12,034 nucleotides of DNA from a bacterium. GTDB taxonomy: Bacteria; Eisenbacteria; RBG-16-71-46. A program made the position numbers and the translations under genes. Within the stretch, counting starts at the first letter, position 1, and each line of letters starts with the position of its first letter. The notes beneath the pieces were generated by a model, which was not told the origin of the DNA, did no database searches, and saw only the letters and a list, made by a program, of their open reading frames with translations. The stretch is taken from NCBI GenBank assembly GCA_043779265.1, contig JAYWEM010000052.1:1-12034 (forward strand), written 5' to 3'. This document shows, in pieces, positions 1-6,792 of this stretch.

Positions 1-1
1 G

Positions 2-607
2 CTCGGGGCGCTCACCGTGTGGAAGCTGCTCGATCCCTCGGTGGTCAGTGGGCATCTGGCTGTCGCGCTTCTGCTCTTCGCCTCGGTGATCACGATCGCC
101 GTGGTGAGCCATCTCGAGTCGCGTGCGCCGGTGACCAGCCTCCCTCGGCCCGCGGGTCTGCTGCCGCTGCTCGGGTTCACGACGCTCGCGCTGTGGTTCC
201 AGTCCGTCCTCGGCGGCATCGTCAGCACGAATCACGCGAGCCTCGTGTGCCCCGACTGGCCGACCTGCGGTGGCGTGTGGTTCCCGGCGCTCGAGGGGCT
301 GGTGGGCGTGCACATGCTGCACCGCTACGTCGCCTACGGGGTGACCGTTCTGATGTGCTTCGTCGCCGCACGCTTGTGGCGAGCGCCCGATCCGACGGTC
401 CGCATGCTCGGGCATGCCCTCCTGATCCTCACGATCAAGCAGGTCGCACTGGGCATCTGCAGCCTCCTGCTCGGGGTGCCGGTGTTCCTGTCGGCCATCC
501 ACCTCGCCAACGCGGCGGCGCTGATCGCGCTCTCGCTCATCGCCACGTTGCGCGTCGCCGCACTCTCAGCACCGAGCCCGGCGCTGGCGAACGCCCCGGC
601 ACGATGA
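2..607 (+). CDS. ctaA: Heme A synthase (COX15/CtaA family), 5'-truncated by the window edge
   Basis: Frame is open from base 2 (LGALTVWKL...). Shows helical His motifs SGHLAVA, VHMLHRY and AIHLANA, QSVLGGIVS, and the loop Cys pair CPDWPTC. Lies directly upstream of heme O synthase. Confidence 0.92.
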   Translation, partial: LGALTVWKLLDPSVVSGHLAVALLLFASVITIAVVSHLESRAPVTSLPRPAGLLPLLGFTTLALWFQSVLGGIVSTNHASLVCPDWPTCGGVWFPALEGLVGVHMLHRYVAYGVTVLMCFVAARLWRAPDPTVRMLGHALLILTIKQVALGICSLLLGVPVFLSAIHLANAAALIALSLIATLRVAALSAPSPALANAPAR

Positions 608-617
608 GGATGATCCG

Positions 618-1535
618 ATGAGCGTCGCCCTGCCGAGCGGCAAGAGCGCCCGCACGGCGATGGCCTGGGTCGAGCTGACCAAACCCAGCATCATCTCGCT
701 CGTGCTCTTCACGGGGCTTCCCGCGCTGCTGATGGCCGCGGGCCCGGGCTGGCCGGAAGCCCGCGTGTTCTGGGGGGCGTTGGCCGGGATCACGCTGTCG
801 GCCGCCTCCGCGGCGAGCTTCAATCACTACTTCGATCGCGACATCGACGCGCTCATGCGGCGCACGCAGACCCGGCCGCTGCCCTCGGGAGCCCTGCCGC
901 CGATCGCCGCGCTGTCGCTGGGCTTCGTGCTGGCGGGCGCGGCCTGGGCCGTGCTCATGCTCACGACGAATCTGCTGGCGAGCGCGCTGGCGATGAACAA
1001 CATCTTCTACTACGCGATCGTCTACACCGTCTGGCTCAAGCGCCGCACCCCGCAGAACATCGTGATCGGCGGCGGGGCGGGGGCTTCTGCGCCGCTCATC
1101 GCGTGGGCGGCAGTGACCGGCCGACTCGATCCGCCAGCATGGCTGCTCTTCGGCATCATCTTCCTGTGGACGCCGCCGCACTTCTGGGCCCTGTCGCTCT
1201 ATCGCCGCGACGACTACGCGCGTGCCGGGATCCCGATGCTGCCGGTCACGCATGGCGAGGCCGAGACGAGGCGCCAGATCCTCGGCTACACGCTGGTGCT
1301 GGTCCCGGTGACGCTCGGCGTCGCCCCGCTCGCCGGTCTTTCGTGGGTCTATCTGGTCCCGGCCACGCTTCTCGGCGCGCTGTTCCTCTGGCTGGCGGTG
1401 CGCCTGTACCGCAAGCCCTCGACTCCGCACGCCATGCAGATGTTCCGATTCTCGATCCTCTACCTGTTCGCGCTCTTCATGATGATGACGGTGGATGCCG
1501 GCCTCGCCGCATTCGGTCCGCCACGGCTCGGATGA
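618..1535 (+). CDS. ctaB: Protoheme IX farnesyltransferase (heme O synthase)
   Basis: Motifs ELTKP, NHYFDRDIDALMRRTQTRPLPSG, YTVWLKRRTPQNIVIGG, FLWTPPHFWAL and DDYARAGIPMLPV. GAGGA RBS at 606-610. Confidence 0.97.
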   Translation: MSVALPSGKSARTAMAWVELTKPSIISLVLFTGLPALLMAAGPGWPEARVFWGALAGITLSAASAASFNHYFDRDIDALMRRTQTRPLPSGALPPIAALSLGFVLAGAAWAVLMLTTNLLASALAMNNIFYYAIVYTVWLKRRTPQNIVIGGGAGASAPLIAWAAVTGRLDPPAWLLFGIIFLWTPPHFWALSLYRRDDYARAGIPMLPVTHGEAETRRQILGYTLVLVPVTLGVAPLAGLSWVYLVPATLLGALFLWLAVRLYRKPSTPHAMQMFRFSILYLFALFMMMTVDAGLAAFGPPRLG

Positions 1536-1559
1536 TGAAGAAGATCAACCCCGCTTCAC

Positions 1560-1588
1560 TTGTCGAGTTGTCGTCAATCGTGTATCCG
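1560..1588 (+). promoter_or_regulatory. Possible sigma70-type promoter for the oxidase structural operon
   Basis: TTGTCG (1560-1565), 17 nt, TATCCG (1583-1588) in the largest intergenic gap of the cluster. The -10 match is weak. Confidence 0.3.
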
Positions 1589-1680
1589 TGCCGTTCTCGG
1601 CACTCAGTTGGAATCCGCTGGCCGCGGCGCGCTTCGCTCTCCTGCCTGGGCCGTGCGGTGTCCCCTATCCGGAGGCGACC

Positions 1681-2328
1681 TTGTTGAGGAAGGCGCGATT
1701 CATCCTGGTCGCGGCCGTGCCACTCGCCGTGGCGCTTGCCAGCTGTGGTGACCCGGGCTCGGTCGACCTGGTCGCCGGAAGTGAGATCTACGACACCTGT
1801 GTGCCCTGTCACGGTGAGAACGGTGCGGGCGATGTCGTACTCCACGCTCCGCCCATCGCCGGCTTGCCGGAGTGGTACCTGGTCGAGCAGCTGACCAAGT
1901 TCAAGGCCGACATGCGCGGGGCACACCCCGACGACATCGAGGGCCACCGGATGCGCCCGATGGCGCGCACGCTCTCGAGCGAGGCGCAGATCGCCTCGGT
2001 TTCCAAGCATGTCGCGGGACTCCCGGCAGTGCACTCCGCCGAGACGCTCACGGGTGGCGATGCGGCCGCTGGCGCCGATCTCTACAACGGGATCTGCGTC
2101 GCCTGCCACGGAGCCGACGCCAAGGGCAATGTCGACATGAAGGCCCCGCCGCTGGTCGGTCAGGCGGACTGGTACATGGTGTCGCAGCTCCACAAGTACA
2201 AGGACGGCTTGCGCGGCGCCCACCCGGATGATGTGTGGGGAGGCACGATGCGCGCGATGTCCATGACCCTCGAGGACGAGCAGGCGATGAAGAACGTGGT
2301 CGCCCACATCCGCTCGCTTCCCCGCTAG
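1681..2328 (+). CDS. Diheme cytochrome c4/c553-like protein, probable lipoprotein
   Basis: GGAGG at 1671-1675 then TTG at 1681 (preferred to the 1495 start). Signal peptide ends in lipobox LASC. Two CxxCH motifs (CVPCH, CVACH) in two duplicated domains (APP.AG...WY.V.QL.K.K...RGAHPDD..G..MR.M..TL). Confidence 0.9.
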   Translation: MLRKARFILVAAVPLAVALASCGDPGSVDLVAGSEIYDTCVPCHGENGAGDVVLHAPPIAGLPEWYLVEQLTKFKADMRGAHPDDIEGHRMRPMARTLSSEAQIASVSKHVAGLPAVHSAETLTGGDAAAGADLYNGICVACHGADAKGNVDMKAPPLVGQADWYMVSQLHKYKDGLRGAHPDDVWGGTMRAMSMTLEDEQAMKNVVAHIRSLPR

Positions 2329-2348
2329 AAGGGCAGGAGGACACCACC

Positions 2349-2465
2349 ATGGCAGACGATCCGAACGACGCGAACTGGGGCAACTCGCTGGCTGGCCTCA
2401 CCGCACTGGTCACCTTGATCTGCGCCGTGCTGTTCGTCGGCGCGGTCGTCTTCTTCATCCTCTAG
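2349..2465 (+). CDS. 38-aa single-pass membrane peptide, putative small oxidase subunit
   Basis: AGGAGG RBS at 2335-2340, ATG 2349. MADDPNDANWGNSLAGLTALVTLICAVLFVGAVVFFIL has one hydrophobic helix and fills the gap between the cytochrome c and subunit II genes. Confidence 0.75.
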   Translation: MADDPNDANWGNSLAGLTALVTLICAVLFVGAVVFFIL

Positions 2466-2482
2466 GCCAGGGACGAGACACG

Positions 2483-3193
2483 ATGATCGATCGTTGGCTG
2501 CAACAGGCCTCGAGCTACGCGAGTCAGATCGACGGGCTCATCCTGCTGGTGACCGTGCTCGTCGGCTTCTGGTTCATCGCCGCCGAGATCATGTTCTTCT
2601 GGCTCATCTTCCGCTTCCGCAAGCGTGACGGTGTGCCGACGCAGTACCTCTCGGGCAAAGAGAAGCACGTCAAGCGATGGGTGAACATCCCGCACTATCT
2701 GGTGCTGGTGTGCGACGTGTTCATCATCATCGCGGCCGTGAAGGTGTGGGTGCACGTCAAGCAGACGCTGCCGCCCGCGGACTCCACGATCCGCATCGTC
2801 GGGCATCAGTGGGCGTGGACGTTCACGCACCCGGGCGCCGACGGCCTGCTCGACACGGCGGACGACATCCGCACGACGGACAAGCTGAACGTCGAGGTGG
2901 GCAAGACCTATCACTTCAAGCTCCAGTCCACGGATGTGCTGCACAGCTTCTCGGTGCCCGTGTTCCGCCTCAAGCAGGACTCGGTTCCGGGGCGCACGAT
3001 CACCGGCTGGTTCAAGCCGACCAGGACCGGGGAGTTCGACATCCAGTGCGCGGAGATCTGCGGAATCGGCCACGGCATCATGGCCGCGCGGATCCACGTG
3101 GACACGGCCGAGCAGCATCACCAGTGGTTGGCGCAGAACAGCGCCATCGCCGACGCGGACGACGCGGCCGGCGAGACGACCACGACGGAGTAG
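2483..3193 (+). CDS. coxB: Cytochrome c oxidase subunit II (CuA)
   Basis: Two N-terminal TM helices, GHQWAW, DVLHSF, and the CuA motif CAEICGIGHGIM. No fused cytochrome c. Confidence 0.96.
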   Translation: MIDRWLQQASSYASQIDGLILLVTVLVGFWFIAAEIMFFWLIFRFRKRDGVPTQYLSGKEKHVKRWVNIPHYLVLVCDVFIIIAAVKVWVHVKQTLPPADSTIRIVGHQWAWTFTHPGADGLLDTADDIRTTDKLNVEVGKTYHFKLQSTDVLHSFSVPVFRLKQDSVPGRTITGWFKPTRTGEFDIQCAEICGIGHGIMAARIHVDTAEQHHQWLAQNSAIADADDAAGETTTTE

Positions 3194-3202
3194 GGGAGCG
3201 CC

Positions 3203-4915
3203 ATGGCCCAGCAAGCACACGCAGAGGCTCACGCGGGGGGACACGGCACCAGCGCCCACCACAAGGAGTCGTGGTTCAAGCACTACTTCTGGTCCACCGA
3301 CCACAAGATGATCGCCTTCCAGTACCTGTGGACGGGCATGATCATGGGGTTGATCGGTGCGTACACGGCCTACGTGTTCCGGATGCAGCTCGCCTTCCCG
3401 GGCCAGCCCGTCCCCGGATGGGGACTCGTCTCGCCGGGCGAGTACAACTCACTGATCACCACGCACGGCACCATCATGGTGTTCTGGGTGGCGATGCCCG
3501 TCTTGATCGCAGCGTTCGGCAACTTCCTGATTCCGCTCATGTGCGGCGTGGACGACATGGTGTTCCCACGCCTCAATCGCCTCAGTTATCAGATCTTCCT
3601 GCTGAGCGCGATCCTGATCGTGGCCTCGCTGTTCGTGAAGGGCGGCGCGTTCGGCGGCGCCTGGACGGCCTATCCGCCGCTGTCCGCGGATGCCCGATAC
3701 AGTCTCACCCCCATCGGATCGTCACTCTGGGTGATCGCGGTCGCACTCGAGTTCGTGGCCTTCCTGATGGGCGGTATCAACTTCATCGTGACCGCGATGA
3801 ACTCTCGAGCACCCGGCATGAAGGCGCTCGATGTCCCCATCGTGGTGTGGTGCATCGTCATCGCCAGCCTGCTGTTCATGGCGTCGGTCGGGCCGTTGTT
3901 CGCAGGCGCGGTGATGCTGCTGTTCGACCAGACGCTCGGCACGGGCTTCTACAATCCGGCACGAGGCGGTGACCCGATCCTGTGGCAGCATCTGTTCTGG
4001 TTCTTCGGTCACCCCGAGGTCTACGTCGTGTTGTTGCCCGCCATGGGCATCGTCGCCGAGATCATCGCGGTGTTCGCCCGCAAGAAGCTGTTCGGCTACA
4101 AGACGATCCTCTACACGATCATCGCCACGGCCGTGCTGAGCTTCTTCGTCTGGGCGCATCACCAGTTCATCGCCGGCATCGACCCGCGCATGGCGAATGT
4201 GTTCACGGTGACGACGCTGCTCATCTCGATCCCGATCGCCGAGATGTGCTTCCTTTACATCGCCACGCTCTACGGCGGCTCGATCCGGCTCGGCACGCCG
4301 ATGCTGTGGGCGCTGTCGTTCATCGCCACGTTCCTGCTCGGCGGCGTGACCGGCATCTACCTGGGTGCGAGCGGCTCGGACATCTACTTCCACGACACGT
4401 ACTTCGTCGTAGCGCACTTCCACTATACGTTCTTCCCGATCGCCATCATCGCGACGTTCGCCGGCTTCACGTTCTGGTTCCCCAAGATGTTCGGTCGAAT
4501 GCTCGACGAGCGTCTCGGCAAGATCCACTTCTGGGGCACGATCATCCCGTTCAACACGATCTTCATCCCGCTGTTCTTCACCGGCGCGATGGGCGATCAC
4601 CGCCGCATCTACAACTACATGAACTTCCCCGATCAGTCGGGGCCCGAGCTGCAGATGCTGCGCATGATCGCGACCATCTCGTTGCTGGTGATGCTGGCGT
4701 TCCAGCTCGTGTTCTTCTTCAACGTCTGGAAGTCGTTCCGCGGACCGAAGAATGCGGAGAAGAACCCGTGGAAGTCGAACACGCTCGAGTGGACGGCCGA
4801 TTCCCCGCCGCCGCACGGCAACTGGGCCGAACTGCCCACGGTCTACCGCGGACCCTACGAGTACGGCGTGCCCGGGCGCGCCACGGACTACTGGCCTCAG
4901 AACGAGAAAGACTGA
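3203..4915 (+). CDS. coxA: Heme-copper oxidase subunit I, A-family (A1-like GHPEVY), atypical proton channels
   Basis: STDHK, ITTHG, WTAYPPLS, LFWFFGHPEVY, VWAHH, HDTYFVVAHFHY and HRR. All six His ligands and the cross-linking Tyr position are present. Confidence 0.97.
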   Translation: MAQQAHAEAHAGGHGTSAHHKESWFKHYFWSTDHKMIAFQYLWTGMIMGLIGAYTAYVFRMQLAFPGQPVPGWGLVSPGEYNSLITTHGTIMVFWVAMPVLIAAFGNFLIPLMCGVDDMVFPRLNRLSYQIFLLSAILIVASLFVKGGAFGGAWTAYPPLSADARYSLTPIGSSLWVIAVALEFVAFLMGGINFIVTAMNSRAPGMKALDVPIVVWCIVIASLLFMASVGPLFAGAVMLLFDQTLGTGFYNPARGGDPILWQHLFWFFGHPEVYVVLLPAMGIVAEIIAVFARKKLFGYKTILYTIIATAVLSFFVWAHHQFIAGIDPRMANVFTVTTLLISIPIAEMCFLYIATLYGGSIRLGTPMLWALSFIATFLLGGVTGIYLGASGSDIYFHDTYFVVAHFHYTFFPIAIIATFAGFTFWFPKMFGRMLDERLGKIHFWGTIIPFNTIFIPLFFTGAMGDHRRIYNYMNFPDQSGPELQMLRMIATISLLVMLAFQLVFFFNVWKSFRGPKNAEKNPWKSNTLEWTADSPPPHGNWAELPTVYRGPYEYGVPGRATDYWPQNEKD

Positions 4916-4925
4916 GGGAGGACCT

Positions 4926-5504
4926 GTGAGCGCCAAGACCGTCGCGACCACCCGTTCCGCCATGAACATCCCCACCGGCCGTCTTGGCGTGTGGTGGCTG
5001 CTCGTCTCCGAGATCGTGATCTTCGGCGGACTGCTGGTGGCTTACATCATGAATCGCCAGGCGCACTCGCATGATTGGGCAGCGCAGGCCGCGGTGACGG
5101 ACTGGCGCATCGGCGCCTTCAACACGTTCGTCCTGCTCAGCTCGAGCCTCTCCGCCGTGTTCGCCCATCAGGCGGCCGAGAAGGGCGACGGCAAGAAGGC
5201 GGCGCGCCTGCTCTACGTGACGTGCCTCGGCGGACTCATCTTCCTGCTCGTGAAGAGTTTCGAGTGGGCCACCGAGATCTCGCACGGCTACACGATCATG
5301 TCGCACACGTTCTGGTCGTACTACTACACGCTCGCCGGTCTGCACGCGTTCCACGTGATCGCGGGAATGGCCGTGATGGTGTGGGTGGCCCGCACGGCTG
5401 CCAAGAATCAGGAGCTGCACCGCGTCGAGAACGTGGGCATCTACTGGCACTTCGTCGACATCGTCTGGATCTTCCTCTTCCCGCTGCTGTACATCGCCAA
5501 GTAG
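4926..5504 (+). CDS. coxC: Cytochrome c oxidase subunit III (short, 5-TM type), copy 1
   Basis: GAGGGAGG RBS then GTG 4926. Motifs WLLVSEIVIFGGL, NTFVLLSSS, LAGLHAFHV and YWHFVDIVWIFLF. Confidence 0.93.
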   Translation: MSAKTVATTRSAMNIPTGRLGVWWLLVSEIVIFGGLLVAYIMNRQAHSHDWAAQAAVTDWRIGAFNTFVLLSSSLSAVFAHQAAEKGDGKKAARLLYVTCLGGLIFLLVKSFEWATEISHGYTIMSHTFWSYYYTLAGLHAFHVIAGMAVMVWVARTAAKNQELHRVENVGIYWHFVDIVWIFLFPLLYIAK

Positions 5505-5513
5505 GAGCCGACC

Positions 5514-5891
5514 ATGTCCGCACACGCGCAGGGCCATGACACGAACTACCTGCGGGTCTACTTCCTGCTGCTGGGACTGCTGGTCGTGAGCATCGTGGGC
5601 CCGCTGTTCGAGATCCGCGTCGTCACGCTGATCACCGCGTTCGGTGTGGCGCTCGTGAAGGCCTACATCGTGGCCGTCAAGTTCATGCACCTGGATATCG
5701 AGAAGCCCATCATCCAGTGGCTCCTCGGAGTCGGGCTCGTCCTGATGCTGATCCTGTTCGGCGGATTGGCTCCCGATGTGATGAAGGACAAGGGGCGCAA
5801 CTGGGAGAAGGACGCGAGCTTCCATCAGTCGGCCGCTCCGGACGCGCATGGTGAGGACAAGGGACATGGCACCGGCGGCAGCGGTCATTGA
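5514..5891 (+). CDS. Cytochrome c oxidase subunit IV (CtaF/CyoD-like)
   Basis: AGGAG RBS, three hydrophobic helices, KAYIVAVKFMHL motif typical of prokaryotic subunit IV, and position after subunit III. Confidence 0.85.
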   Translation: MSAHAQGHDTNYLRVYFLLLGLLVVSIVGPLFEIRVVTLITAFGVALVKAYIVAVKFMHLDIEKPIIQWLLGVGLVLMLILFGGLAPDVMKDKGRNWEKDASFHQSAAPDAHGEDKGHGTGGSGH

Positions 5892-6459
5892 GCCGAACCT
5901 GAGGGCTGCGCCTCGGCGCGCCATCGAGCATGGCGTGTTCGCCATGCTGCTGCTGGTTTTCGCCGAGGTCATGCTCTTCTCGGGGCTCCTGTCGGCCTAC
6001 CTGATCGCCCGCGCGAGCGCGCTCCCCGGGACCTGGCCGCCGCCCGACCAGCCGCTCCTGCCGTTCGCCTCGACCGCGATCAACACGCTGGCCCTGCTCG
6101 CGAGCGGTGCGCTGCTGTGGCGGGCTCACGTGGCCTTCCGGAAGGACGAGGCCACGGCAACGAGGCTCACGGGCTGGGCGTTGGCATTGGGCGTGTTCTT
6201 CGTGGCATTCCAGGGCGTCGAGTGGGCTCGGCTGCTCGCGCAGGGCCTGACGCTCACATCGAGTAAGCTGGGGGCGTTCTTCTACACGATGGTCGGCGCA
6301 CACGCGCTGCACGCGGTGGCGGCGATCCTCGGCCTCGGCTGGGTGTGGTTGCAGATGCGCGCGGGCCGTGTGACGCGCTCCGCGTTCGGTGCAGCTCAGG
6401 TCTTCTGGTACTTCGTGGTGCTCCTATGGCCCGTCCTCTTCCTGCTGCTCTATCGCTGA
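5866..6459 (+). CDS. Cytochrome c oxidase subunit III-like, copy 2
   Basis: FAEVMLFSGL, NTLALLASG, FQGVEW, GAHALHAV and FWYFVVLLWPVLF. ATG 5866 overlaps the end of subunit IV. Confidence 0.9.
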   Translation: MAPAAAVIEPNLRAAPRRAIEHGVFAMLLLVFAEVMLFSGLLSAYLIARASALPGTWPPPDQPLLPFASTAINTLALLASGALLWRAHVAFRKDEATATRLTGWALALGVFFVAFQGVEWARLLAQGLTLTSSKLGAFFYTMVGAHALHAVAAILGLGWVWLQMRAGRVTRSAFGAAQVFWYFVVLLWPVLFLLLYR

Positions 6460-6719
6460 TCGGTGCGGCGCTCCTGGCGCCCGCGATCGCGCTCGCCTGT
6501 GCTGTCTGCGGCGCCGGTGAGGATGCGAGCAATGGACCGTTCCTGTGGTCCACCCTTGCCTTGTCCGCACTCCCGTTGCTGATGCTCGGGGGTGGTGTGG
6601 GGTGGGTGTGGTGGCGTCTGCGTGATCGCTGGGCGGATGAACTCGCCGAGCGCCACGCCTATGTCGCTCCTGATGCAGCCGGGACCGGTTCGACCGGTCA
6701 CAAGCCCGGGGGGGCTTGA
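6426..6719 (+). CDS. Small exported/membrane protein with CxxC motif (oxidase-associated hypothetical)
   Basis: ATG 6426 overlaps the previous gene. Signal-like N-terminus ends ALA-CAVC, followed by one TM helix and WWRLR. Confidence 0.7.
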   Translation: MARPLPAALSLIGAALLAPAIALACAVCGAGEDASNGPFLWSTLALSALPLLMLGGGVGWVWWRLRDRWADELAERHAYVAPDAAGTGSTGHKPGGA

Positions 6720-6792
6720 CGGCTGCGGAGCGCACGACGCACTCCGCGAGATCGGGCCCGACCTGACGGCTCGAATCGAGCGAGGAGGCGCC

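Noticed and set aside
3203..4915. Subunit I as a nitric oxide reductase
   Set aside because: It keeps HPEVY with the active-site Tyr, the D-channel Asp/Asn residues, subunits III/IV and linked heme A synthesis. O2 reductase is the better call, although activity is untested.
6716..6781. TTGACG plus short palindromes upstream of rtcB as promoter/operator
   Set aside because: No credible -10 at the right spacing, and 5-6 bp GC-rich palindromes are expected by chance.
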